Shown here: piece by piece, positions 9,117-16,484 of the stretch | How positions within the stretch are numbered: position 1 is the first letter of the stretch | Layout: each line of letters starts with the position of its first letter | Assembly: GCA_024277995.1 (NCBI GenBank) | Contig: JAJRUD010000058.1 | Span: 1,410 to 65,409, forward strand | Direction of reading: 5' to 3' | DNA length: 64,000 nucleotides | Source of the DNA: Chloroflexota bacterium | GTDB taxonomy: Bacteria; Chloroflexota; Anaerolineae; Anaerolineales; E44-bin32 | Notes under the pieces: model-generated | Databases searched by the model: none | What the model was told of the DNA's origin: nothing | The model's input: the letters and a program-made list of their open reading frames with translations, nothing else | Position numbers and translations under genes: made by a program

Positions 9117-9989
9117 ATGCTCATGGCACTCTTCAGGAGCATGCGGCCGCGTCAGTGGATGAAGAACGGCTTCATCTTCGCCGCTCTTATCTTCGACCGG
9201 CAGCTGCTCCGTCCAGTACCGCTCACGCGCACCCTGATCGGGTTCCTCTTGCTGTGCCTCGCCTCGAGCGCCGTCTACCTGCTCAACGACCTGGCGGACG
9301 CTGAGGCCGACCGGCAGCACCCGACCAAGCGCAGCCGCCCCATCGCTTCCGGAAAACTCGCCCCGCGCGTGGCTGCGGTCGCCGCCCTTATCTTCGGCAT
9401 CGGATCGCTGGCCGGGGGATTCCTCTTGAGTATCGGGTTCGGCTCCATCCTGACGCTCTACCTGGTCTTGAACCTGCTCTACTCCCTCCGCCTCAAGCAC
9501 GTGCCCATCATCGACGTGTTGATCATCGCTTCTGGCTTCGTGCTGCGCGTGGGCGCGGGCGTGACGCTCATCACCGTCGAGCGCTTTTCTCCCTGGCTGT
9601 ACGTATGCACCACCCTGCTGGCGCTCTTCATCGGCTTCGGCAAGCGACGTGCAGAGATCGTGCTCTTGGCCGAGGGCGCCAACGCCCATCGTCGCGTGCT
9701 CGACGGATATACTGTGGCCTTCCTGGACCAGCTCATCATCATCGTCTCCGGCAGCACCATCATCGCCTACGCGCTGTATACTTTCTCGGCGGAGAACCTG
9801 CCCAAGAATCACCTGATGATGCTCACCATCCCCTTCGTCCTGTATGGCATTTTCCGCTACCTGCAACTTATCCACGTCGAGAACGCCGGCGGCGCGCCGG
9901 AGGAGCTGGTGCTGCGCGACCGCCCCCTGATGGCCACCATCGCGCTGTGGGGCCTCGCCTCCGTGGCGATCCTGTACCTGGGCTCATGA
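9117..9989 (+). CDS. UbiA-family prenyltransferase, decaprenyl-phosphate phosphoribosyltransferase (DPPR synthase)-like
   Basis: Listed ORF 8940..9989 trimmed to the ATG at 9117. MLMALFRSMRPRQWMKNGFIFAALIF...VYLLNDLADAEADRQHPTKRSRPIASGKL...FGKRRAEI...APEELVLRDRPL. Both Asp-rich motifs are intact and there are about 8 TM helices. Confidence 0.85.
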   Translation: MLMALFRSMRPRQWMKNGFIFAALIFDRQLLRPVPLTRTLIGFLLLCLASSAVYLLNDLADAEADRQHPTKRSRPIASGKLAPRVAAVAALIFGIGSLAGGFLLSIGFGSILTLYLVLNLLYSLRLKHVPIIDVLIIASGFVLRVGAGVTLITVERFSPWLYVCTTLLALFIGFGKRRAEIVLLAEGANAHRRVLDGYTVAFLDQLIIIVSGSTIIAYALYTFSAENLPKNHLMMLTIPFVLYGIFRYLQLIHVENAGGAPEELVLRDRPLMATIALWGLASVAILYLGS

Positions 9990-10942
9990 CCAGCGGCAGC
10001 GCCCCGGGCAAGATAATCCTCTTCGGCGAGCACGCCGTGGTCTACGGCCGCCCGGCGCTGGCCGTCCCCATCAGTCAGGTGCGTGCCCACGCCACCATCG
10101 AGGACATCGAGGGAGTCCCAACCGGGCGCATCCAACTCCAGGCCCCGCAGATCCAGCTATCCGCCTGGCTCGATGAGCTCCCACCGGAAGAACCCCTGGC
10201 GCGCGTCACCCGCCTGACGCTGCGCGCCCTGGAGCTGGACCAGCCGCCGGCCTTCCGGATCACCGTTCACTCCACCATCCCCATCGCCTCAGGCCTGGGG
10301 TCCGGTGCGGCGGTGTCCGTCGCCGTCGTGCGCGCGATCGCCGCCCATTTTGGACGCCGTCTCTCGCCCGGCGAACAATCCGCGCTGGCCTTCGAAGTCG
10401 AGAAGCTCCATCATGGAAAACCTTCGGGGATCGACAACACCGTCGTCGCCTACGAGCGACCGGTCTATTTCGTGCGCGGCGCTGAACCCGAGCCCTTCGC
10501 CATCCCCACACCACTGTCCCTCATCATCGCCGATACCGGCCTGGCCACACCCACGGCGGAGGCCGTCATGGGCGTGCGCCGACGCTGGGAAGCCGACAAA
10601 CAAGCCTACGAGGATTTCTTCGACCAGATCGCGGCGCTGGTGAAGCAGGCGCGTCGGGCCATCGAAAGCGGCCATACCGACTGCCTGGGGCCCCTGATGG
10701 ATCGCAATCAGGAGCTGCTGGCGGCAATCGGCGTCAGCTCGCCCGAACTGGATCGCCTCATCACCGCCGCCAGAGCCGCCGGCGCTTCGGGCGCCAAGCT
10801 CTCGGGCGCCGGCCTGGGCGGGAACGTGATCGCCCTCGTCAACCCTCAGGATGCGGAGGCCGTGACGCACGCGCTGCGCTCGGCGGGCGCCTCGCTGGTC
10901 TTGCGAAGTGTCGTGGGCGGTCCCGATCATGATATTTCTTAA
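9986..10942 (+). CDS. mvk: mevalonate kinase (GHMP kinase)
   Basis: Listed ORF 9605..10942 trimmed to the ATG at 9986, which overlaps the upstream TGA (ATGA). MTSGSAPGKIILFGEHAVVYGRPALAVPI...IPIASGLGSGAAVSVAVVRA...KLSGAGLGGNVIAL. Confidence 0.9.
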   Translation: MTSGSAPGKIILFGEHAVVYGRPALAVPISQVRAHATIEDIEGVPTGRIQLQAPQIQLSAWLDELPPEEPLARVTRLTLRALELDQPPAFRITVHSTIPIASGLGSGAAVSVAVVRAIAAHFGRRLSPGEQSALAFEVEKLHHGKPSGIDNTVVAYERPVYFVRGAEPEPFAIPTPLSLIIADTGLATPTAEAVMGVRRRWEADKQAYEDFFDQIAALVKQARRAIESGHTDCLGPLMDRNQELLAAIGVSSPELDRLITAARAAGASGAKLSGAGLGGNVIALVNPQDAEAVTHALRSAGASLVLRSVVGGPDHDIS

Positions 10943-11711
10943 GCTGGGCGGCTCGCTCATCACACAGAAAGATCAACCGCGGACGGCCAGGCCGGGGACC
11001 ATCGCGCGCCTTGCTTCCGAAATCGCCGCCGCCCGCGAGGCCGATCCCCGCCTGCAGTTGCTCCTCGGCCACGGCTCGGGGTCTTTCGGCCATCACGTCG
11101 CGGCGCAATACGGGACCCAGGAGGGTGCTCGCTCGGCTGCGGATTGGCGGGGCTTCGCCCAGGTCTGGCGCGCTGCGCAGCAGATCAATCGCCTGGTCGT
11201 CGACCTGCTGTGTGAGGCCGGTCTGCCGGCCATCTCCTTCCCGCCCTCCGCTTCAGCCCTGTGCGCCTCGGGCCGTCTCGTCCAGCTGGCCGTCGAGCCC
11301 ATCCAGCGCGCCCTGCAGGCCGGCCTGCTGCCGGTGGTGTACGGCGACGTGGCCTTCGATCAGCATCAGGGCGCGGCCATTGTGTCTACCGAACAGGTGC
11401 TCAGCTACCTGGCGCGATCTTTGAAACCCAAGCGATTGCTGCTCGCCGGTCTCGAGCCTGGTGTCTATGCGCAGTATCCGCAGCGCACAGGGCTGCTGAG
11501 CGCGCTGCGCGCCGCCGACCTGGAGCACACGGCGCTGGCCACAGCCGACGCCACGGACGTGACGGGGGGCATGGCAGCCAAGGTCCGCCAGGCCCTGGAG
11601 ATCGCACGGACCATCCACGGGATGGAAGTGCGCATCTTCTCCGGCGAGCCCCCGGGGAACCTGGAACGAGCTCTGCGCGGCGAGCCCCTGGGCACCTCCA
11701 TCATCCCCTAG
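10929..11711 (+). CDS. ipk: isopentenyl phosphate kinase (amino-acid kinase fold)
   Basis: MIFLKLGGSLITQKDQPRTARPGTI...LLLGHGSGSFGHHVAAQYG...VVYGDVAFD...TDVTGGMAAKV. The start was chosen at the ATG at 10929 (listed 10908) and overlaps the end of mvk by 14 nt. TAG stop at 11709-11711. Confidence 0.85.
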   Translation: MIFLKLGGSLITQKDQPRTARPGTIARLASEIAAAREADPRLQLLLGHGSGSFGHHVAAQYGTQEGARSAADWRGFAQVWRAAQQINRLVVDLLCEAGLPAISFPPSASALCASGRLVQLAVEPIQRALQAGLLPVVYGDVAFDQHQGAAIVSTEQVLSYLARSLKPKRLLLAGLEPGVYAQYPQRTGLLSALRAADLEHTALATADATDVTGGMAAKVRQALEIARTIHGMEVRIFSGEPPGNLERALRGEPLGTSIIP

Positions 11712-11909
11712 GCAGCGCGCGCCAGGGCGCAGCCAGAATCAGGAAGGACGTAACTTGCGCGGCTTGTGCCGCTCTTCTTACACTATGCTTGCTGCATGGG
11801 CCGCCCGCGCCGTACGGGGCGCGGGCGCGGCCAGCCCATGGCGCGCGACGGGGGAAGACCTGACCCTATCAAATCACCCTCCGCCCCAATGCCCTAAAGG
11901 GAGAACCCA

Positions 11910-12770
11910 ATGAGCGAGCGCAAGAAGATCACCCTTCCGACCCTCTTCAAAAAGGTCGAGCAGGGCGAGCCTATCGTCATGCTCACCTGCTACGACTACC
12001 CCACCGCCTGCTTCCAGGAAGATGCCGGCATCGACATGATCCTGGTCGGCGACAGCCTGGGGATGACCATGCTGGGCTACGACAGCACACTCCCCGTCAC
12101 CATGGAAGACATGATCCGCCATGCCCAGGCCGTGCGCCGCGGCGCCCCCAACGTCTGGCTCATCGGCGACATGCCCTACATGACCTACCAGATCAGCTCC
12201 GAGGAGGCCGTGCGCAACGCCGGCCGCTTCATGGCTGAGGCCGGATGCGACGCCATCAAGCTCGAAGGCGGCGTCGAGATGGCCGACCGCATCGCCGCCA
12301 TCGTCAGGGCCGGCATCCCGGCCATGGGCCACCTGGGCCTTACGCCGCAGAGCGCCAGCGCGCTGGGAGGATTCCGGCTGCAGGGCAAAGCCGCAGCCCA
12401 GGCCAAGAAGATCGTCGACGACGCCAAAGCCCTCGAAGATGCCGGCGCCTTCGCCATCCTGTTGGAGATGGTCCCCGATCGCCTGTGCCAGATCATCACC
12501 GAGCGGGCCGAAAAATGCTTCATCATCAGCCTGGGCTCCGGCCCCAACGCCCACGGACAGTTGCTCATCTACCACGATATGTTCGGCCTGTATCCCAAGT
12601 TCAAGCCGCGCATGGCCAAGGTCTACGGCGATGCTGGAAAGGTCATCCAGCAGGGCCTGGCGCAATACGCCCGCGAGGTCCGTGCGCGCCAGTTCCCACA
12701 GCAGGAAAACTACTTCGGCATGAAGGACGAGGAATACGATGAGCTGCTGCTCATGCTGGGGCAGTCCTGA
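11910..12770 (+). CDS. panB: 3-methyl-2-oxobutanoate hydroxymethyltransferase
   Basis: MSERKKITLPTLFKKVEQGEPIVMLTCYDYPTACFQEDAGIDMILVGDSLGMTMLGYDSTLPVTMEDMIRH...AIKLEGG...GHLGLTPQS. An AAGGGAGA Shine-Dalgarno lies upstream. Confidence 0.95.
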   Translation: MSERKKITLPTLFKKVEQGEPIVMLTCYDYPTACFQEDAGIDMILVGDSLGMTMLGYDSTLPVTMEDMIRHAQAVRRGAPNVWLIGDMPYMTYQISSEEAVRNAGRFMAEAGCDAIKLEGGVEMADRIAAIVRAGIPAMGHLGLTPQSASALGGFRLQGKAAAQAKKIVDDAKALEDAGAFAILLEMVPDRLCQIITERAEKCFIISLGSGPNAHGQLLIYHDMFGLYPKFKPRMAKVYGDAGKVIQQGLAQYAREVRARQFPQQENYFGMKDEEYDELLLMLGQS

Positions 12771-12810
12771 TCCCCACAACCGGCACGCGCGTGGCATCGA
12801 GGAGAGCAAC

Positions 12811-12931
12811 CGCAGAGATCGCCAAGTCCGCAGTGAATAGCTGATAAGTCTCTCTGCGCTCTCGGCGGACTCAGCGGTGAATCGAAGGCTTCGTGTCTTG
12901 GTGCCTTGGTGGTTTGTGCCCACCAAGACAC
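12811..12931 (+). promoter_or_regulatory. candidate structured 5' leader of the 429-aa unknown gene
   Basis: Complementary segments: CGCAGAGA (12811-12818) with TCTCTGCG (12851-12858), and AGTCCGC (12825-12831) with GCGGACT (12865-12871), in an interleaved order a-b-a'-b'. There are also two mutually exclusive hairpins sharing one 3' strand: 12893-12903 with 12921-12931 (11 bp), or 12905-12912 with 12920-12927 (8 bp). These arise from a CTTGGTG direct repeat. An AAGGGAGGGA Shine-Dalgarno follows. Confidence 0.3.
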
Positions 12932-12954
12932 AAGAGTAAGGGAGGGAGTGAAAC

Positions 12955-14244
12955 ATGACGCAAGACCAGCGCGAGCGCCTCAGGATCCCGAGCACCCACC
13001 TGGAGGCGATCAACACCGTGCTGCTCGACCCAGAAATGCGGGTGGTCAACGACCTGCTGCAGGTGGTGGCCCGCTACGGGACACCTGAGGAGATCAACCG
13101 CAAGGCCGAAGAGGCCGGTCGGCTGCCCAACCTGCTCAAGAAGGTCGAAGAGACCAACCCGGCCTATCTGCAGGATCTGGAGTGGCTCCAGGACCAGCGC
13201 GACCGGCGCGCCTTCATCAGCGTCGAGGCCTACCGCCGCAAGGTCCTGGGGGACCGCGCCCGGGGCATGGATTTCAAGCAGGCCTTCGCCGTCACGCTGG
13301 AGATCAGCGCCTGCCAGTATTTCCCCTGGGTCATCCTGGCCGCCCGGCGCGCCATCGAGCATGGCGAGCTCATGCCCGGCCGGTTCATCCGCGTGCGCAA
13401 GATGAAGGAACAGGAAGCCGACGGCGACCTGCCTGCCTTCGCGGCCGCCATGCAGATCATCGGCGCCAATTGGGTGGAGACCCTCGACACGCGCGGCACC
13501 GATGGCTCCAACGTCCACCTGGGCGGCCCAGAGACCATCACTGGCTATTTCGGCGGCGTGGGCCAGCCCAACGACTACGCGTTGAAATGGGTGGACGAAT
13601 TCCTCTACTACTACACCAACTACGGCGTGCGCCAGGTGCTCAACGTGAACCCGGGCACCGTCCTGCTGGGCTACCTGCTGCACCGCCTGGGCGTGGATAT
13701 CGAGTTCAAGATCTCGGTCTTCATGGGCAACGACAACCCCTACGCCGCCCTGTGGACCCTCATAGGTGCCAAGCTTTTCGCCCGCCAGGACGGCAGTTCC
13801 CCGCTGGTGGGCTTCAACTGGAGCAACTCCGTGAACAACGAGACCATGGAGATCACCGCCCAGTTCCGCAAGTCCCTCGGCTTCGAAGAGATGGTGCGCT
13901 TCGAGCACCACATCACCGAGACCTGGAAGAGCATCGTGCGCCAACCTTACAATCGACGCCTCGAACTGCTGGAGCTGGCAGACCACGTGGCCAACATCTC
14001 GGCCAAGCACGAAGGCGGCGACCCCGAGATCGACCAGACCCGCGAGCACCCCTCCGACATCCTGGATTACTTCCGGGACAAGGAAGAGATTATCGCCTCC
14101 GGTGACTGGGACCACCTGACTCAGAACTTCATGGACAAGTTCGAGGCCGTCAACCGCACCGCCCAGGCTCTCACCGAGCGCGGCCTGGCCTTCCTGGCCG
14201 CCGAGAAGCTGCACCACGCAACACGCGTGCCGGCCGAGGGTTGA
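12955..14244 (+). CDS. uncharacterised soluble protein (429 aa), family not recognised
   Basis: Clean coding composition, a strong Shine-Dalgarno, and no TM or signal peptide. Distinctive segments: EISACQYFPWVILAARRAIEHGELMPGRFIRVRK, TRGTDGSNVHLGGPETITGYFGGVGQPNDY, FKISVFMGNDNPYAALWTLIGAKLFARQDGSSPLVGFNWSNS. I cannot place it in any family from memory. Confidence 0.85.
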   Translation: MTQDQRERLRIPSTHLEAINTVLLDPEMRVVNDLLQVVARYGTPEEINRKAEEAGRLPNLLKKVEETNPAYLQDLEWLQDQRDRRAFISVEAYRRKVLGDRARGMDFKQAFAVTLEISACQYFPWVILAARRAIEHGELMPGRFIRVRKMKEQEADGDLPAFAAAMQIIGANWVETLDTRGTDGSNVHLGGPETITGYFGGVGQPNDYALKWVDEFLYYYTNYGVRQVLNVNPGTVLLGYLLHRLGVDIEFKISVFMGNDNPYAALWTLIGAKLFARQDGSSPLVGFNWSNSVNNETMEITAQFRKSLGFEEMVRFEHHITETWKSIVRQPYNRRLELLELADHVANISAKHEGGDPEIDQTREHPSDILDYFRDKEEIIASGDWDHLTQNFMDKFEAVNRTAQALTERGLAFLAAEKLHHATRVPAEG

Positions 14245-14250
14245 TGATGA

Positions 14251-14284
14251 GGGTTTCTCAAGTCCGGCCGGGCTTGAGAAACCC
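14251..14284 (+). promoter_or_regulatory. perfect 12-bp intercistronic stem-loop
   Basis: GGGTTTCTCAAG (14251-14262), a 10-nt loop, then CTTGAGAAACCC (14273-14284). It starts 7 nt after the stop of the 429-aa gene and ends 24 nt before the next ATG. No U-tract follows. Confidence 0.5.
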
Positions 14285-14308
14285 GGTCTGAACATCGAGG
14301 AGACCTGC

Positions 14309-16198
14309 ATGATCCCCAAGGCGATGGAAACCTTCCTGCGCGAACGACTCCCCGAGCGCACCTGGCGCAACCGCCTGGTTCGTCAGGGGGGACGTGCCTA
14401 CATGGAGTTCGGGCCCCTGGATGTGGAGCGCCTGGCGCGGCTGGGCGTCGAGGTGGACAGCCTGGGGCCGCGCCTGGTGGTTTGCATGTGGGATGAGCAG
14501 TCGCCGCTGGAGATCGGCGGTTATCTGGTGGTGGACAACCTGGCCATGGGGCGACCCTCGATGGGCGGCATCCGCATGCTCCCCGACCTCACCCCCACCA
14601 CGATCCACAACCTGGCGCGCGGCATGACGCTCAAGAACGCCGCCGCCGATCTGCCCTACGGGGGCGGCAAATGCGGCATCGTCGCCGGGCACGACCTGTC
14701 ACCCGAGGAACACCGCCGGGTGGTGCGCGGCTTCGCCCGCCTGATCCACCGCTATCGCGATATCTACCTGCCCGGCCCGGACGTCGGCACCAACGACGCC
14801 GACATGAAGACCGTGGCCATCGAAAACGGCCTAGACAACGCACTCTCCAAGCCGGCCGACATGGGCGGCAACCGCATCGACCAGCTGGGAGCCGCCGCCG
14901 GCGGCGTGATCATCGCCCTCGAGAGCCTGCTGCACGAAATGCCCCGCCTGCGCTCCCTGCCCCAATTCGCAGGCCTGGAGGTCCCGGAACCACAGGATCT
15001 GACGGTGCTTATCCAGGGCTTCGGCGCGGTGGGCGCGCATGCGGCGCGCATCCTGCAGGAGCGCCTGCCGCAGGCGCGCGTCGTCGGCGTCAGTGACGAA
15101 CTCGGTTACCTGTACTGCGAGGCAGGCCTGCCCGTCCAGGAGCTCTTCGAGACATGGCAGACCCACGGCCCGGTGACGCGGCGCTATTATAAGGCCCACG
15201 TGGCCAAGGCGCGTCCGGGTATGAGCGAGGTCAAGTTCGGCAGCGACCCCAACGATCTGCTGCGCGAGTCGGCCTTCTGCCTGATCCCCGCCGCACCCAT
15301 CGCCCACTACCTGGATGTGGTGCCGGAGACGCGACCGTGCATGACCGTCGATCGCATGGGGCGCTGGTCGCTGATCGTCGAGGGCGCCAACACCTACTCG
15401 CCAGACCTCGCCCGCAAGGCCATCCGCGCCCGCATGGAGCGTGAGGTCTATCAACAGCGTGGGGTGATGATCGCCGCCGACTACCTGGTGAACTCCGGCG
15501 GGGTGATCTTCGCCGCACAGGAGCGCCTGATCAAGACGCCGCAGGATCTGCGCATCCCCGATTCCATGCTGGGCGACGCGCAGGGCGTGGAGGGCTGGCT
15601 GCGCGAGCATCAAGCCGAGCTGCAGGAGCTGGCCGAGAAGCGACGCCTGGCGGCGGAGGCCTACCGCGACGAGGTCATCCGCCGCAACATGCGCGAGCTG
15701 GTGGACCTGCTGATCAGCGACCCCGACATGCTGCCTTGCGAGGCCGCCGAGCACATCAGCGTGCGCCGCATCGCCGCGCGCGAGAGCGACCGCACCGCGG
15801 CCGATATCATGGAGCCCATTCCAACCGCCCGCTCCACGGACACCGTCCAGCAGGCGGCGCGGCTGCTGGTGCAGGCCGACAGCCCCATCCTGGCCGTGCT
15901 CACCGAGCAGGGCGCGCTGGGCGGCGTGGTCACCGAATGGGACATCACCCAGGCCACCGCGCAGGGCGCGCCGGACGACGTCCCGCTTGAGCGCATCATG
16001 ACGCGGCGGGTGGTCTCAGCCGCTCCCGACGAAGGCATCCTGGAACTGGTGCGCAAGCTGGAGATCCACGAGATCTCCGCCATGCCCGTCGTCGAGGAGG
16101 GGCGCGTGCGCGGCATGGTGAGTTCCGATCTGCTGGCCCGCCGCTCGCTCCTGCGACTGCTCCAGTCGCAGGGGGCTGCCGGCTCCCACGCTACCTGA
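14309..16198 (+). CDS. Glu/Leu/Phe/Val-type amino-acid dehydrogenase fused to a C-terminal CBS pair
   Basis: The N-terminal two thirds match the family: GGYLVVDNLAMGRPSMGGIRM, KNAAADLPYGGGKCGIV (catalytic-Lys region) and the Rossmann segment VLIQGFGAVGAHAARIL. The C-terminal roughly 130 aa (about 15800-16150) form two CBS-like repeats (IMEPIPTARSTDTVQQAARLLVQADSPILAVLTEQGALGGVVTEWDI; IMTRRVVSAAPDEGILELVRKLEIHEISAMPVVEEGRVRGMVSSDLL). Confidence 0.85.
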   Translation: MIPKAMETFLRERLPERTWRNRLVRQGGRAYMEFGPLDVERLARLGVEVDSLGPRLVVCMWDEQSPLEIGGYLVVDNLAMGRPSMGGIRMLPDLTPTTIHNLARGMTLKNAAADLPYGGGKCGIVAGHDLSPEEHRRVVRGFARLIHRYRDIYLPGPDVGTNDADMKTVAIENGLDNALSKPADMGGNRIDQLGAAAGGVIIALESLLHEMPRLRSLPQFAGLEVPEPQDLTVLIQGFGAVGAHAARILQERLPQARVVGVSDELGYLYCEAGLPVQELFETWQTHGPVTRRYYKAHVAKARPGMSEVKFGSDPNDLLRESAFCLIPAAPIAHYLDVVPETRPCMTVDRMGRWSLIVEGANTYSPDLARKAIRARMEREVYQQRGVMIAADYLVNSGGVIFAAQERLIKTPQDLRIPDSMLGDAQGVEGWLREHQAELQELAEKRRLAAEAYRDEVIRRNMRELVDLLISDPDMLPCEAAEHISVRRIAARESDRTAADIMEPIPTARSTDTVQQAARLLVQADSPILAVLTEQGALGGVVTEWDITQATAQGAPDDVPLERIMTRRVVSAAPDEGILELVRKLEIHEISAMPVVEEGRVRGMVSSDLLARRSLLRLLQSQGAAGSHAT

Positions 16199-16484
16199 GC
16201 ACGCCGCCTCTCCGCAGACCGGCGCGGATTCCAGCGTTCATAGGGGCACGGCCCTCTCCCTCCGCCGGGCCCGCACAGCACCTGAGCGATTCCGCGAACC
16301 CAGGTCTGGCCCCCAGAGCCGTCTGGGCTCTTCCGGCGCCGCACCGCATGCAGCGGCAGCGGGACGCGTGCAGACACCGAAACCCGGGCGCCCTGGAGGC
16401 CCCCCATCCGCTATGCTACACTTGCCTCCATCCCAGGCTGCCCATCCCGCGGCATCAAGCCGCCAGTGACACGGAGGTCGGAGC

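Noticed and set aside
11712-11909. GC-rich hairpin CCCGCGCC-GTACGG-GGCGCGGG (about 11803-11824) after ipk, as a terminator
   Set aside because: The 8-bp stem is plausible, but there is no U-tract, and such GC palindromes arise frequently by chance at this GC content. It is not strong enough to annotate.
11874-14370. ORFs 11874..13049(-) (391 aa) and 12871..14370(-) (499 aa), antisense to panB and the 429-aa gene
   Set aside because: They lie antisense to genes with strong homology or coding quality. Their composition is rich in Gly, Ala, Val, Asp and His with low complexity, and no start context supports them.
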